A DNA stretch of 64,000 nucleotides from Kofleriaceae bacterium (lineage in GTDB: Bacteria > Myxococcota_A > Polyangia > Haliangiales > Haliangiaceae), in assembly GCA_035715365.1 (NCBI GenBank), contig DASTLB010000022.1, positions 16,242 through 80,241 on the forward strand. The letters are read 5' to 3'. Below, piece by piece: positions 9,926 through 19,571 of the stretch. The notes below the pieces were generated by a model. The model was not told the origin of the DNA. It saw nothing but the letters and a program-made list of their open reading frames with translations, and did no database searches. Every line of letters begins with the position of its first letter. Position 1 is the first letter of the stretch. The position numbers were made by a program, and so were the translations under genes.

Positions 9926-11335
9926 ATGCGCGTCTTGCGAATGATCTCGGTGGTGTCGTGTCTCGTCGCGTGTGGTCACGATCCCGGCGGCGGCGGCGGT
10001 GGCGACGACGACGGTGCGCCCGACGCGGCGAGCCCGGTGAGCCCGACCGATCCGCTCGGTGGGCTACCGACCGGCGCCGAGCAATGGATGAAGCTGTGCG
10101 CGAAGGGCTACGGCGACGTGATCTCGACGAGGTTCTGCGCCGGCACGGCACCGCCGACGATCACGTCATTGAAGCAGCTCGAGACGTTCCTCGGGCTCGA
10201 CGTCGTGCCGAACCCGAACCGCGATCCGAGCCTCAACCCGAACGTGCGCGTCACGCTGACCGGCACGTCGACCGGCATCGGCCTGCGCACGGTGACGCCG
10301 CTCAACCCGCGCGCGTTCCTGATGACACCGGCGCTCGCCGGCGGCGCACCGAACCCGACGTACCAGATCATGGCGTTCGCGCGCGGCGAGCCACTCGTCG
10401 AGCTGGTCGCGAACGATCCGCAGGCGAACACGCTGCGGTTCTTCCTGCTGCGGTTCCAGCCCGCGTGCGAGGCGGCCGGCTGTTCGGCCGCGGACCTGCT
10501 GACACCGACGATCGAGTCCGGGTGGACCGGGTACACGCTGTACGACGACGACACGATCAAGAACACGACGCTCGACTGCCTCGCGTGTCACCAGGAGGCC
10601 GGGCCGGGCACGAAGAAGATCCTGCGCATGCAGGAGCTCGCGAACCCGTGGGCGCACTGGTTCTACGAGGAGCGCCCCGCGAACAAGGCGACGATCGATG
10701 ACTTCGCACGCGCGCACGGCAGCGAGGACTACGCTGGCATCCCGGCGGTCAACGTCTATCCGTCGCGGCCGTTCGCGCTCGAGACGCTCGTCCGCAACAA
10801 CGGGTTCGCGACCCAGCCGAACCTGTTCGACACGACGAAGATCCAGAACGAGCTTGCCGCGACCGGCACGAGCGCGACGTGGAACGCGCTGTACGCGAAC
10901 ACCGTCGCGGGGCGCGCGATCCCGACGCCATATCACTCGATCCCGCACACCGACGCGACGAAGACCGCGTCGATGATCCAGGCGTACCAGCAGACGATGG
11001 CCGGCACGCTGCCGCGCGACCAGATGCCGGACATCCGCGCCACGATCAAGGACAGCGCGCTGGCCGACATGTCGATCCGTCCGAAGCCCGGGCTCGACGG
11101 CCGCGGCATCCTCGTCCACATGTGCCAGATGTGCCACAACAGCCGGCTCGATCAGACGATCAGCCGCGCGAGCTTCGACGTCGAGCGGCTCGATCAGATG
11201 TCGCGCACCGAGAAGGACGAGGCGATTCGCCGCCTGCAGATGCCCGACACCGACGCGCGCAAGATGCCGCCGGTGCGGTTTCACGAACTGTCGGACGCCG
11301 AGCGCCAGCTCGCGATCGACGTGCTGAGCCAGTAG
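9926..11335 (+). CDS. Lipoprotein with two CxxCH haem-c binding motifs (putative di-haem c-type cytochrome)
   Basis: Signal peptide plus lipobox LVAC; CLACH (~res 210) and CQMCH (~res 405); GGAGG 10 nt upstream of the ATG. Confidence 0.6.
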   Translation: MRVLRMISVVSCLVACGHDPGGGGGGDDDGAPDAASPVSPTDPLGGLPTGAEQWMKLCAKGYGDVISTRFCAGTAPPTITSLKQLETFLGLDVVPNPNRDPSLNPNVRVTLTGTSTGIGLRTVTPLNPRAFLMTPALAGGAPNPTYQIMAFARGEPLVELVANDPQANTLRFFLLRFQPACEAAGCSAADLLTPTIESGWTGYTLYDDDTIKNTTLDCLACHQEAGPGTKKILRMQELANPWAHWFYEERPANKATIDDFARAHGSEDYAGIPAVNVYPSRPFALETLVRNNGFATQPNLFDTTKIQNELAATGTSATWNALYANTVAGRAIPTPYHSIPHTDATKTASMIQAYQQTMAGTLPRDQMPDIRATIKDSALADMSIRPKPGLDGRGILVHMCQMCHNSRLDQTISRASFDVERLDQMSRTEKDEAIRRLQMPDTDARKMPPVRFHELSDAERQLAIDVLSQ

Positions 11336-12742
11336 CTACTCGCCCACCGAGACGAACCGGTACCACCGGCGATCCTCGCCACGCGCCACCGCACGATCCG
11401 GGCTGTGGCGGCTGCCGAACTCGACCTTCTTCGCGAGGCCCTTGAGCCGCGGCTTGCTCGCGTCGGTGAGCGCGTTGTCGTCGAGATTCAGGTGAGACAG
11501 GTGCGCGAGCTTCGGCTTCGCATCGACGAGCGTCTGGACGCCGCGATCGCTGAGGTTGCCCATCGATAGATCGAGCGTCTTCAGCTGCTTCAGGATCTTC
11601 GATCCGACGAGCACCTTCACGAGCTCGTCGGCGAACGGGCAGTTGCGAAGCCCGAGGTGCTGGAGCTTGCCGAGCCCGGTACCGTCGAGGATCGGCTGGA
11701 TGTCCTTGGGCTTGCCGCTCGCGCCATAGTTCGGATCACCGAACCAGATCTCGAGCCGCTCGAGCTTCGGCCACTTCGCCGCCGCGATGTTGCGCAGCTC
11801 CTTGTCGTTCAGCGTGCCGGTCTCGACGCGAAACGACCGCAGCTCCGGGAGCTCGACCTTGCCGATCGTCGGCGAGCCGCCGCGCAGCGTGACCTCGCGC
11901 AGGTTCGGGACGGCCTTGCTCGCGGGCATCGCGGTCGCCGTGCCCGAGATGTCCCACTCGCCGATCTGGCCGAGCACGAGCTTGCGCAGCGCCGGCATCC
12001 CGACCTGATCGATCGCCTCCGCGAGGTAGCCGAGGTTCATCTCCTCGTCGCCCGGCAGCGGACCGAGCTCGAGCTCCTGGACGAACGCCGCCGACGCGAG
12101 CCGCAGGAACATCGCGAGCTGCTGACCCGCGCGCTCGCCCCACTCGAGGTCGTCGTCGTCGGCGACGCGCGGCCCCGCGCCCTCGGCGTCATCGTCCATG
12201 CCCCACTCGAACGCCGGCCATCCGATCCGCGCCTTACGAACGAAGCCGTGCTGCCACTCGAGCTCCCACGTCTCCGGCTTTGCCGTCGCGAACGGCCCGA
12301 GGAAGTGCTCGGCGTGTTTCGCGAGCAGCGCGTTCGCCTGCTTCGTCTTACCCGCATGCTGCAGCACGATCAGCTCGCCGCGCGGATCGCCTTGCGTCTG
12401 CAGCCAGTCGGCGTAGACCAGATACGCGTCCGCGTCGTCCGGCTTCGCGACGATCGCCTTCTCGAGCTCGGCGTTGCGCGATGCCGCCTTGGTCTCGGGA
12501 GGCTTCGCCTTGGTGGCGGACTTCGCCTTGCCACCACCGACGAGCACGTAACCCTTCTTCAGCTTCTCCTGAACGAGCTTGTCGTACTCCTTCTTGGCCT
12601 TCGCGGCATCGGGATGCTGCTTCGTCGACGACGAGACCGAGCCCGCACCGATGCGCCCCCACTTCGTCACATACGAGGCACCGCTCAGCTCGATCTCCCA
12701 GAACTTGTTCGACGTCCCCTCGCTGTACTCGTAACGTGGCAT
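11336..12742 (-). CDS. WGR-domain protein fused to leucine-rich-repeat (RNI-like) region
   Basis: N-terminal WGR signature (YEYSEGTSNKFWEIEL...KWGRIG); C-terminal LxxLxLxxN repeats (LKTLDLSMGNLSDRGVQTL...LSHLNLDDNALTD). Confidence 0.7.
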   Translation of the reverse strand: MPRYEYSEGTSNKFWEIELSGASYVTKWGRIGAGSVSSSTKQHPDAAKAKKEYDKLVQEKLKKGYVLVGGGKAKSATKAKPPETKAASRNAELEKAIVAKPDDADAYLVYADWLQTQGDPRGELIVLQHAGKTKQANALLAKHAEHFLGPFATAKPETWELEWQHGFVRKARIGWPAFEWGMDDDAEGAGPRVADDDDLEWGERAGQQLAMFLRLASAAFVQELELGPLPGDEEMNLGYLAEAIDQVGMPALRKLVLGQIGEWDISGTATAMPASKAVPNLREVTLRGGSPTIGKVELPELRSFRVETGTLNDKELRNIAAAKWPKLERLEIWFGDPNYGASGKPKDIQPILDGTGLGKLQHLGLRNCPFADELVKVLVGSKILKQLKTLDLSMGNLSDRGVQTLVDAKPKLAHLSHLNLDDNALTDASKPRLKGLAKKVEFGSRHSPDRAVARGEDRRWYRFVSVGE

Positions 12743-12795
12743 CGTCGCACGCTACCGCAAACCGCGAGCGGTGATATCACTGTAGAGACCGCCTG

Positions 12796-15700
12796 ATGAC
12801 CGAGACGTCGATCGCAAGTGACCGCGTCGCCGGCGCGCGCAGCACTCCCACGGGGAGTGTGGAGTCGATCGACGATGAGCTCGCGAAGCTCGGCGCCATC
12901 CTCGTCGAGGAGCGCGTGCTCCGCCGCGTGATCAAGGGCGATCGCCGGCTGCGCGGCGTCGGTCTCCAGGTGCCACACGAGCAGTGCTACGCGCTCCCGC
13001 GAGCCGAGCTCGAGCGTCACGTCGAGCGCGACGAGCTCGCACTCGAGCTGTCCGCGTTGCCGGAGCGCGTGATCGTGATCGCGACGCCACGCGCCGAGCT
13101 CGCGAGCTGGACGCCCGAGGCGCTGTCGCGCGTGTGGCGCGCCGTGTTTCACGCGAAGGTCCACGAGGCGTTCGACGCGCACGTCGCGAGCGGCCGGCTC
13201 GGGGTCGCCGCGATCCGCGAGCGGATCCATCGCATCGGCCAGGCCGAGTTCGACGAGATCCGCTCGGTCCTGCGCCAGGAAGATCTGCTGCTGCCGCCGA
13301 TCGACGACACGTCGACGTACGTCGAGTTCGTCGCGCTGTACCTCGAGCTCCAGCAGTTCTCGTCGACCGCGATCGCGCGCACGTTCCCGGCACTCGGCGA
13401 CCTCGCCAAGGTCGACGCGACGATCGCGCTCGACGTCGATGTGGCTGCGCTGCTCGCCGCATCGCGCCCGCACCAGGCGCCGGCGCGCCCGGTGACGAGC
13501 CAGCCCGACGAGGATCCGCAGGCGAAGCTGCGCCGCACGTTCGAGCCGATCCTGACCGAGCGCCAGCGCAAGAAGGCGCGCAGCGCCGCGCTGTCCGCGC
13601 GCGATCGCGGCAACCGGGCGCGCGCCGCGATCTTGCACCTCCGCGGCGGTCAGCCGCTCGCCGCGCAGGCCGACCTCGAGGAGCTCGCGACCCGGCTGTC
13701 GCGCGCGCTCGGCCGCCGGCTCGGCGACGGGACGATCGAGCCGGTCTCGACGACAGGCTGGGCTGCGGCGCTGATGCCGGTCGCGCTGTACGCGGCGAAC
13801 CAGCAGCGCGTGTCGCGGTTCTCGATCGGGGCGCGGCTGCTGCTCGATCTGCAGGCGGCGTGCGTGATCGCCGAGCGCGAGACGAAGGTCGTCGATCCGA
13901 TCGAGTGGATGCTGTCGCTCGGCAAGCGCTCGATCGTCCGCGCGCTGCCCGCGACGCGCGAGGTCCGGATCGCGAAGCACGTGCACGGCGCGGTCGCGAA
14001 GCTGCCGGGCTGCGGCGTGCCGACCGCCGAGCTCGCGACGGCGCTGCACGCGATGGCCGGCCACGCCGACGACAACGTGCGGTTCGCGCTGCGCCCGAAG
14101 ATCGAGGCTGCGCTCGACGACGTCGGCCTGCATCCGCACAGCCTGCCGGAGCGCGTCGGCGAGAAGAAGCTCGTCGACGAGCTGCTCGATCGCGCGGTCG
14201 CGATCGGCCGGCTGTCGCTCGGCAACCTGCGCGACGCGATCTCGAAGAACGATCTGAAGACCTCGGACCTCAAGCTCGCCGAGCTCAAGACCGGCGATCA
14301 GCTGCTGCGCAGCGACAAGATCCTGTCGCGCTCGCTCGACGGCGTGTACCGCCGCGGCGAGGTCTACATGCGGTTCCTGCAGAAGCTGTCGTCGCTGCTG
14401 TTCGGCACGGCGATCGGCCGGTTCCTGACCTTGTACTTCATGCTGCCGCTGCTCGGCTCGTTCGCGATCGTCGAGGGCCTGCAGCACATGGTCGGCCCGC
14501 TGTGGCACAAGCTCGCCGGCGTCGAGCCCGAGATCGCGACGCGCACGACGCTGCTCGGCGGCGCCGCGTTCCTGTTCCTGCTGATGCACGTCGCGCTGTT
14601 CCGGCGCGGCATGCTGTGGGTGACGATCCAGCTCGGCAAGCTGCTGCGGCTCGTGCTGTGGCGGATCCCGGCGCGGCTGTGGCGGCATCCGGTGATCGCG
14701 CGCGCGCTCGACAGCAAGGTGTTTCGCTGGGGCATCCGGCCGGCGATCCCGGCGGCGATCGTGTGGCTGTGCGTGCCGGCGCGGTTCGCGGTGTGGCCGA
14801 TCGGCCAGCTGTACCGGCCGATCGCGGCCGTCGCGTACCTGATCGCGATGTTCGTCATGAACTCGCGGTGGGGCCGCATTGCCGAGGAGCGGCTGACCGA
14901 TGCGGTCGTGCGCTCGAGCCGTCAGGTCACGACGCGGATCATCCCCGGCCTCATCAAGTACACGCTCGATCTGTTCGCCGAGCTCGTCGAGGTGTTCGAG
15001 CGCGGCATCTACCGCGTCGACGAGTGGCTGCGGTTTCGCAGTGGCCAGTCGGTCGTGATCGTCGCCGCGAAGGGCGTGCTCGCGACGGTGTGGTTCGTCG
15101 TCACGTACTTCTTGCGGCTCTACGTCAACCTGTTCGTCGAGCCGACGATCAACCCGATCAAGCACTTCCCGGTCGTCACCGTCGCGGCGAAGCTGATCAT
15201 CCCGATCATTCCGTCGCTGCTGTCGGCGACGTCGTCGTGGACGCGCCCGCTGCTCGGGCCGACGTTCGCCGGCGGATTCGCCGCGTTCACCGTGCTCGTG
15301 CTCCCCGGGCTCGCCGGCTTCCTCGTGTGGGAGCTCAAGGAGAACTGGCGGCTGTATCGCGCGACGCGGCCGAAGACGCTGCGCCCGATCGCGATCGGCC
15401 ACCACGGCGAGTCGATGGTCGCGCTGCTGAAGCCCGGGTTTCACTCCGGCACGATCCCGAAGCTGTACACGAAGCTGCGCCGCGCGGCGTGGAAGGCCGA
15501 CGAGCGCGGGGTCGCGAAGCAGAAGGAAGGCCTGCACCACGTCGAGGAGGCGATCCACCTGTTCGTCGATCGCCAGCTCGTGTCGATGCTCAACGAGGTC
15601 GGCGCGTTCGCCGCGACCGACGTCGCGGTCGATCACATCGACGTCGGCTCGAACCGCGTCCACCTCCGGCTCGCGTGCCCGAGCCTCGTCGCGGATGCCC

Positions 15701-16233
15701 ACGTCGTGATCCGGTTCGAACAGCAGTCCGGGTGGATCGTCGTCAGCATCCCGGAGCCCGCGTGGATCGATCGGCTCGACGAGCACCAGCGCCAGATCTT
15801 CGAGATCGCGCTGTCCGGGTTCTACAAGCTCGCCGGCGTCGACATCGTCCGCGAGCAGATCGAGGACGTGCTGCGCGGCCACGCGGCCGCCGCGCCGCCG
15901 TACGACATCGCGGACGTCGGGCTGCTCGTGTGGCCCGGCAGCTCGTACGACACCGAGATCCGCTACGACCTGCGGACCAACAAGCTGACGCCGACGCTGC
16001 GCGGCGAGCACTACGACGGCGGGCTGCCCGATCTCGCGGCTCACCACGCGCTGTTCCGGCGCGAGCCGCTGTACTGGTCGGTGTGGTCGACCGCGTGGCA
16101 GCAGATCGCGCGCGGCGAGCCACCGATGCCGCTGCTCGTCGGACCGAGCCTGCTGCCGCGCCCGCGCGTCGAGCCCGTCGCGGCACCGGCGGTCGCGCCG
16201 GCGGCGGCGGTCAGTGCCGGTTATCGAACTTGA
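12796..16233 (+). CDS. Large (1145 aa) polytopic membrane protein of unknown function
   Basis: Natural amino-acid composition; ~500-aa soluble N-terminal region, at least 8 predicted TM helices (res ~520-880), ~260-aa soluble C-terminus. Opposite-strand and +1 frame ORFs of similar length are Arg-rich artefacts. Confidence 0.7.
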   Translation: MTETSIASDRVAGARSTPTGSVESIDDELAKLGAILVEERVLRRVIKGDRRLRGVGLQVPHEQCYALPRAELERHVERDELALELSALPERVIVIATPRAELASWTPEALSRVWRAVFHAKVHEAFDAHVASGRLGVAAIRERIHRIGQAEFDEIRSVLRQEDLLLPPIDDTSTYVEFVALYLELQQFSSTAIARTFPALGDLAKVDATIALDVDVAALLAASRPHQAPARPVTSQPDEDPQAKLRRTFEPILTERQRKKARSAALSARDRGNRARAAILHLRGGQPLAAQADLEELATRLSRALGRRLGDGTIEPVSTTGWAAALMPVALYAANQQRVSRFSIGARLLLDLQAACVIAERETKVVDPIEWMLSLGKRSIVRALPATREVRIAKHVHGAVAKLPGCGVPTAELATALHAMAGHADDNVRFALRPKIEAALDDVGLHPHSLPERVGEKKLVDELLDRAVAIGRLSLGNLRDAISKNDLKTSDLKLAELKTGDQLLRSDKILSRSLDGVYRRGEVYMRFLQKLSSLLFGTAIGRFLTLYFMLPLLGSFAIVEGLQHMVGPLWHKLAGVEPEIATRTTLLGGAAFLFLLMHVALFRRGMLWVTIQLGKLLRLVLWRIPARLWRHPVIARALDSKVFRWGIRPAIPAAIVWLCVPARFAVWPIGQLYRPIAAVAYLIAMFVMNSRWGRIAEERLTDAVVRSSRQVTTRIIPGLIKYTLDLFAELVEVFERGIYRVDEWLRFRSGQSVVIVAAKGVLATVWFVVTYFLRLYVNLFVEPTINPIKHFPVVTVAAKLIIPIIPSLLSATSSWTRPLLGPTFAGGFAAFTVLVLPGLAGFLVWELKENWRLYRATRPKTLRPIAIGHHGESMVALLKPGFHSGTIPKLYTKLRRAAWKADERGVAKQKEGLHHVEEAIHLFVDRQLVSMLNEVGAFAATDVAVDHIDVGSNRVHLRLACPSLVADAHVVIRFEQQSGWIVVSIPEPAWIDRLDEHQRQIFEIALSGFYKLAGVDIVREQIEDVLRGHAAAAPPYDIADVGLLVWPGSSYDTEIRYDLRTNKLTPTLRGEHYDGGLPDLAAHHALFRREPLYWSVWSTAWQQIARGEPPMPLLVGPSLLPRPRVEPVAAPAVAPAAAVSAGYRT

Positions 16234-16471
16234 TGCCGGCCTGGACCTCGTCGATCGCCTGCTTCGTGAGCGCGATCGCCTTGACGCGATGGCCACCCTT
16301 GTCCGCGGTCGCCGCCTCGAGATCGGCCTGCGCCTCGCGCAGGTGATCGAGCGCGGTGCGCATCCTGGGTTGGGGATCGGCACCCGCCGTCGACATGAGG
16401 GCGTCGCGGCCGAGCGCGGTCCCGAGCAGAGCGATCAGAGCGAACGAGGTCAGCTTCCACGGATTACGCAT
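16211..16471 (-). CDS. Small secreted protein (86 aa)
   Basis: Signal peptide MRNPWKLTSFALIALLGTALG; overlaps the 3' end of the large membrane-protein gene by 23 nt, so it could be spurious. Confidence 0.4.
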   Translation of the reverse strand: MRNPWKLTSFALIALLGTALGRDALMSTAGADPQPRMRTALDHLREAQADLEAATADKGGHRVKAIALTKQAIDEVQAGIKFDNRH

Positions 16472-16553
16472 GCAAGTCTCCCGAAGTTGAACGGACGTGG
16501 AGCCCTGACACGCGACGCGCGGCGTAGGTTAAAAGTGGAGATCTCGCTCCGGA

Positions 16554-17540
16554 TCAGCGAACGGCGTCCACGTACGAGAACACGAGCACGCTGTCCGTCG
16601 GTTCGAACGCGATTCGCTCCGCACCGCCGACGACGTAGAGCTTGCCGCCGATCACCGCGCCCTGCGCGCCCGCGCGTGGCACCGGCATCGGCGTCAGATC
16701 GAGCCATTGATCGGTGATCGGATCGTAGCGCTGCGTGACATCGAGCGCCGACGCGCCCGCCTCGCCACCGGCGCAGAGCAGCGATCCGAACACGACGCCG
16801 AACGCGCAGCCGCCGCGGCTCGGCACCATCGCGCTGCGCGGCTCCCACAGCTCGGCGCCCGGCCGCAGCCGCCACACGTCGCCGAGCGGACGGTTCGCGT
16901 CGTCGAGCCCGCCGACGAGGATCAGATCGCCCTCGACATCGCGCATCACCGCCGGATGCGAGCGCGCGGTCGGCAGATCCGGACACGTGCCCCACGTTCG
17001 CGTCGCGATGTCGAAGTCGAGACACGTCTTCAGCGGGCCGGTCGCGTTCGAGCCACCGAGCAGATAGATGTGCGGCGGGTAGACCATCACGCCCGCGCCG
17101 CCGCGCTCCTGCCCCGCCGGCATCGCCGGCAGCTCGATCCACTCGGTGCCGTCGAGCTCGAGCGCGAACGCGCGGCCACTCGGCGTGTTGCTCGTGTCCT
17201 CGAGGCCACCGAGCGCGAACAGCACGCCGGCCGACGCCGCGAGCGCGCCGTGGTGCCGCGTCACCGGCAGCGGCGGCAGCGTCGACCACGCATCGGCGAG
17301 CGTGTCGTAGACGAGGACCTCGTTGCTGATCTGCAGCCCCTCGGTCATGCCGGTCGCGTAGCCGCCCGCGATCACGAGCCGCGTTCCGCTCGCGGTCACC
17401 GCGGGCTCGAGGCGGCGCCGGCCATCGGGCAGCGCGAGGCTCGACCACGGCGACGCGGGTCCATCCGGCGGCGCGGTCGACTCGTCGCACGCTCCGATCG
17501 AAGCGAGCTCGATGACCGCGAGCATCAGGGCGCGTCTCAC
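16554..17540 (-). CDS. Kelch-repeat beta-propeller lipoprotein
   Basis: Signal peptide plus lipobox (ASIGAC); repeated ...GG..xG....vyvYD....W..lp.mp.pR motifs. The start is a GTG whose nearest in-frame ATG is 5 codons downstream. Confidence 0.7.
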   Translation of the reverse strand: MRRALMLAVIELASIGACDESTAPPDGPASPWSSLALPDGRRRLEPAVTASGTRLVIAGGYATGMTEGLQISNEVLVYDTLADAWSTLPPLPVTRHHGALAASAGVLFALGGLEDTSNTPSGRAFALELDGTEWIELPAMPAGQERGGAGVMVYPPHIYLLGGSNATGPLKTCLDFDIATRTWGTCPDLPTARSHPAVMRDVEGDLILVGGLDDANRPLGDVWRLRPGAELWEPRSAMVPSRGGCAFGVVFGSLLCAGGEAGASALDVTQRYDPITDQWLDLTPMPVPRAGAQGAVIGGKLYVVGGAERIAFEPTDSVLVFSYVDAVR

Positions 17541-17632
17541 CCGTCCAGCATAGAGCCAAAGATTAGATCGCGCCGCGGTGTCGTGCGTCTTGGGGCTGCA
17601 ACTCGGCAGTTCTCTCTCGCTGGGAGCGTTCC

Positions 17633-18235
17633 ATGCGTGCGCGGATTCTCACCCTGTCAGCGCTCGTGCTCGCGGTTGCGACCACGGCGCGCGCCGACGT
17701 CGAGCACAGCGAGCTGCGTCCGGTCGCGGCGCGCTCGATGACGCTGTCGGCGCTCGGCCAGGACGGCAAGCTGTCCGGCCTCCACGCGTCGGGCTGGGGC
17801 GTCAACCTCGAGCTCGCGCTCGGCAAGCGACGCTGGCAGTACTTCGTCGAGGGCAGCCTGTCGTGGCTCGAGCTCGGCCCGCGTGGCGCGCAGCTCGACG
17901 GCCGGCAACAGCGCGGCGGTCTCGGCGTGCGCTGGCTCGCGCGGTCGTTCGAGCTCGGCAGCGTCGGCTCGTTCGATCTGAACCTCGAGGCGTTCACCGG
18001 GATCGAGCGCTTCGACGTCGCGCCCGACGTGCTCGTGCGCCCGGATCTCGGCGTCGGCATCGGCTGGCAAGTCCGGCTGCACCTGTGCCGCGACCTCGCG
18101 ATGCGCACGATGGCGCGCGTGGTCTTTGCACCGACCGATCGCGACGCTGCGAGCGCGGTCTGTCGAGGAAGCTGCGAGATGCCGGTCTCGCGCGACAGCA
18201 GCGGTCTCATGATCGTGAGTGGGTTCCAATGGTGA
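17633..18235 (+). CDS. Secreted protein, possible small OM beta-barrel
   Basis: Signal peptide MRARILTLSALVLAVATTARA; alternating beta-strand pattern; ends in aromatic W; GGGAG RBS. Confidence 0.55.
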   Translation: MRARILTLSALVLAVATTARADVEHSELRPVAARSMTLSALGQDGKLSGLHASGWGVNLELALGKRRWQYFVEGSLSWLELGPRGAQLDGRQQRGGLGVRWLARSFELGSVGSFDLNLEAFTGIERFDVAPDVLVRPDLGVGIGWQVRLHLCRDLAMRTMARVVFAPTDRDAASAVCRGSCEMPVSRDSSGLMIVSGFQW

Positions 18236-18957
18236 AGACGCTCGCCACGCTGTGCCTCCTGGGGACGACGACGCTCGCGTTTGCCGAACCGCCCGACGAG
18301 GACGCCGACGCGATCGACGACGGCAGCTTCGGCGAGGTCAGGCACTTCGCGGAGCCGCCGCCGGAGCCGGTCGTCACGCCGGTGATCATCGAGCCGTACG
18401 ATCAGCCGCACTGTGCGTTGCCGTGGACCGCGGACATCACGCACACGCGCGACGACGTCACGAACCTCCTCGGGTTTCACATCGCCTACGGCCGGCTGCC
18501 GATCGCCGGCGAGCGGCTGCAATCGACCGCGCTCGGGCTCTCGATCGAGCACCGCGTCGCCGGGCGGTGGCGGCTCGTCGGCGAGTACGAATTCACGTGG
18601 CTCGGCATCCGCGACACCGAGGCCGACGATCAGATGCCGATCGATGGCACCGCGCATCACGTGCAGCTCGGGCTGCGCCACCAGCTGCTGCGCTCGCGCC
18701 AGCGCATGGACGGCACGCTCGGGTTCTACGCCGACGTCGAGGCCGGTGGCGGCATCCTGCTCGGCAGCGAGCCGTCGGTCGGCACCGTCGCTCAGCCGCA
18801 CGCGTATGCCGGGCTGCGCCTCGGGTACACGTTCATGAACATGCGGCCGAGCACGCGCGCGTCGATCGCATGGGAGCCCGAGGTCCTGCTGCGCGCGAAC
18901 CGCGTCGAGGACGGCTACGGATTCACCGCGGCGATCGGCATGACCTGGGGCGACTGA
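18229..18957 (+). CDS. Secreted protein, possible OM beta-barrel (translationally coupled to upstream gene)
   Basis: ATGGTGA start/stop overlap with the previous gene; signal peptide MVKTLATLCLLGTTTLAFA; amphipathic strands ending ...AAIGMTWGD. Confidence 0.6.
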   Translation: MVKTLATLCLLGTTTLAFAEPPDEDADAIDDGSFGEVRHFAEPPPEPVVTPVIIEPYDQPHCALPWTADITHTRDDVTNLLGFHIAYGRLPIAGERLQSTALGLSIEHRVAGRWRLVGEYEFTWLGIRDTEADDQMPIDGTAHHVQLGLRHQLLRSRQRMDGTLGFYADVEAGGGILLGSEPSVGTVAQPHAYAGLRLGYTFMNMRPSTRASIAWEPEVLLRANRVEDGYGFTAAIGMTWGD

Positions 18958-18967
18958 CCGCCTGCAA

Positions 18968-19240
18968 TTGCACGGAGGAACCGAAACGAAGGACGGTGCT
19001 ATCCTCACGGTCGTGAAGGCAGTCAAAGCTCATGTCCACAACGGCCAGATCGTGCTGGACGAACCGCTCGAGCTACCCGAGGGTGTCGCCGTGGAAGTGT
19101 TGCTGCCGGAAAACGACGAGCTGACGGACGAAGAGCGTCGCGAGCTCGAGAACGCCGTCGAGGAGAGCGCGGCCGAGCTCGCACGTGGCGAGCTCGAAGA
19201 TGCGCGCGCGTTCGCGCATCGTCTCGTCGCGAAGTCGTGA
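18968..19240 (+). CDS. Putative type II antitoxin (swapped-hairpin / DUF104-like N-terminus, acidic C-terminus)
   Basis: KAVKAHVHNGQIVLDEPLELPEGVAVEVLL matches the ...NGvLkPl..l.LpEG..V.V pattern; stop overlaps the start of the ParE-like gene (GTGA). The true start may be the GTG at 19015. Confidence 0.5.
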   Translation: MHGGTETKDGAILTVVKAVKAHVHNGQIVLDEPLELPEGVAVEVLLPENDELTDEERRELENAVEESAAELARGELEDARAFAHRLVAKS

Positions 19241-19533
19241 AGGCTTATCTGTCCAAACGCGCGGCGCGCGCAGCCGAACGCATCGACGAGCGCTGGCGAG
19301 AGCATGCCGTTGATCCCGGCATCTTTGCTGCCGAGTTTCTCGCGGCCGTGGAGCGGCTCGAATCTGGAACGACTCCGGGGACGCCATTCCCGACCGCGAA
19401 GCGCCCCATGTTGCGCCGGCTATTGATGCCGAAGTCGAGGTGTCACCTCTACTTCGAGATCGACAACGTGAACGAGGCGATCCACATCCTGCACATCTGG
19501 GACGGCCGCCGTGAGCGATCGCCGAAGCTGTGA
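19237..19533 (+). CDS. RelE/ParE-family type II toxin
   Basis: 98 aa; C-terminal HLYFEIDNVNEAIHILHIWDGRRE is typical of ParE/RelE; 4-nt overlap with the antitoxin. Confidence 0.7.
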   Translation: MKAYLSKRAARAAERIDERWREHAVDPGIFAAEFLAAVERLESGTTPGTPFPTAKRPMLRRLLMPKSRCHLYFEIDNVNEAIHILHIWDGRRERSPKL

Positions 19534-19571
19534 GCAGCTTGCGCGCTCGCTCGCGATCGATGGGACCGAGC

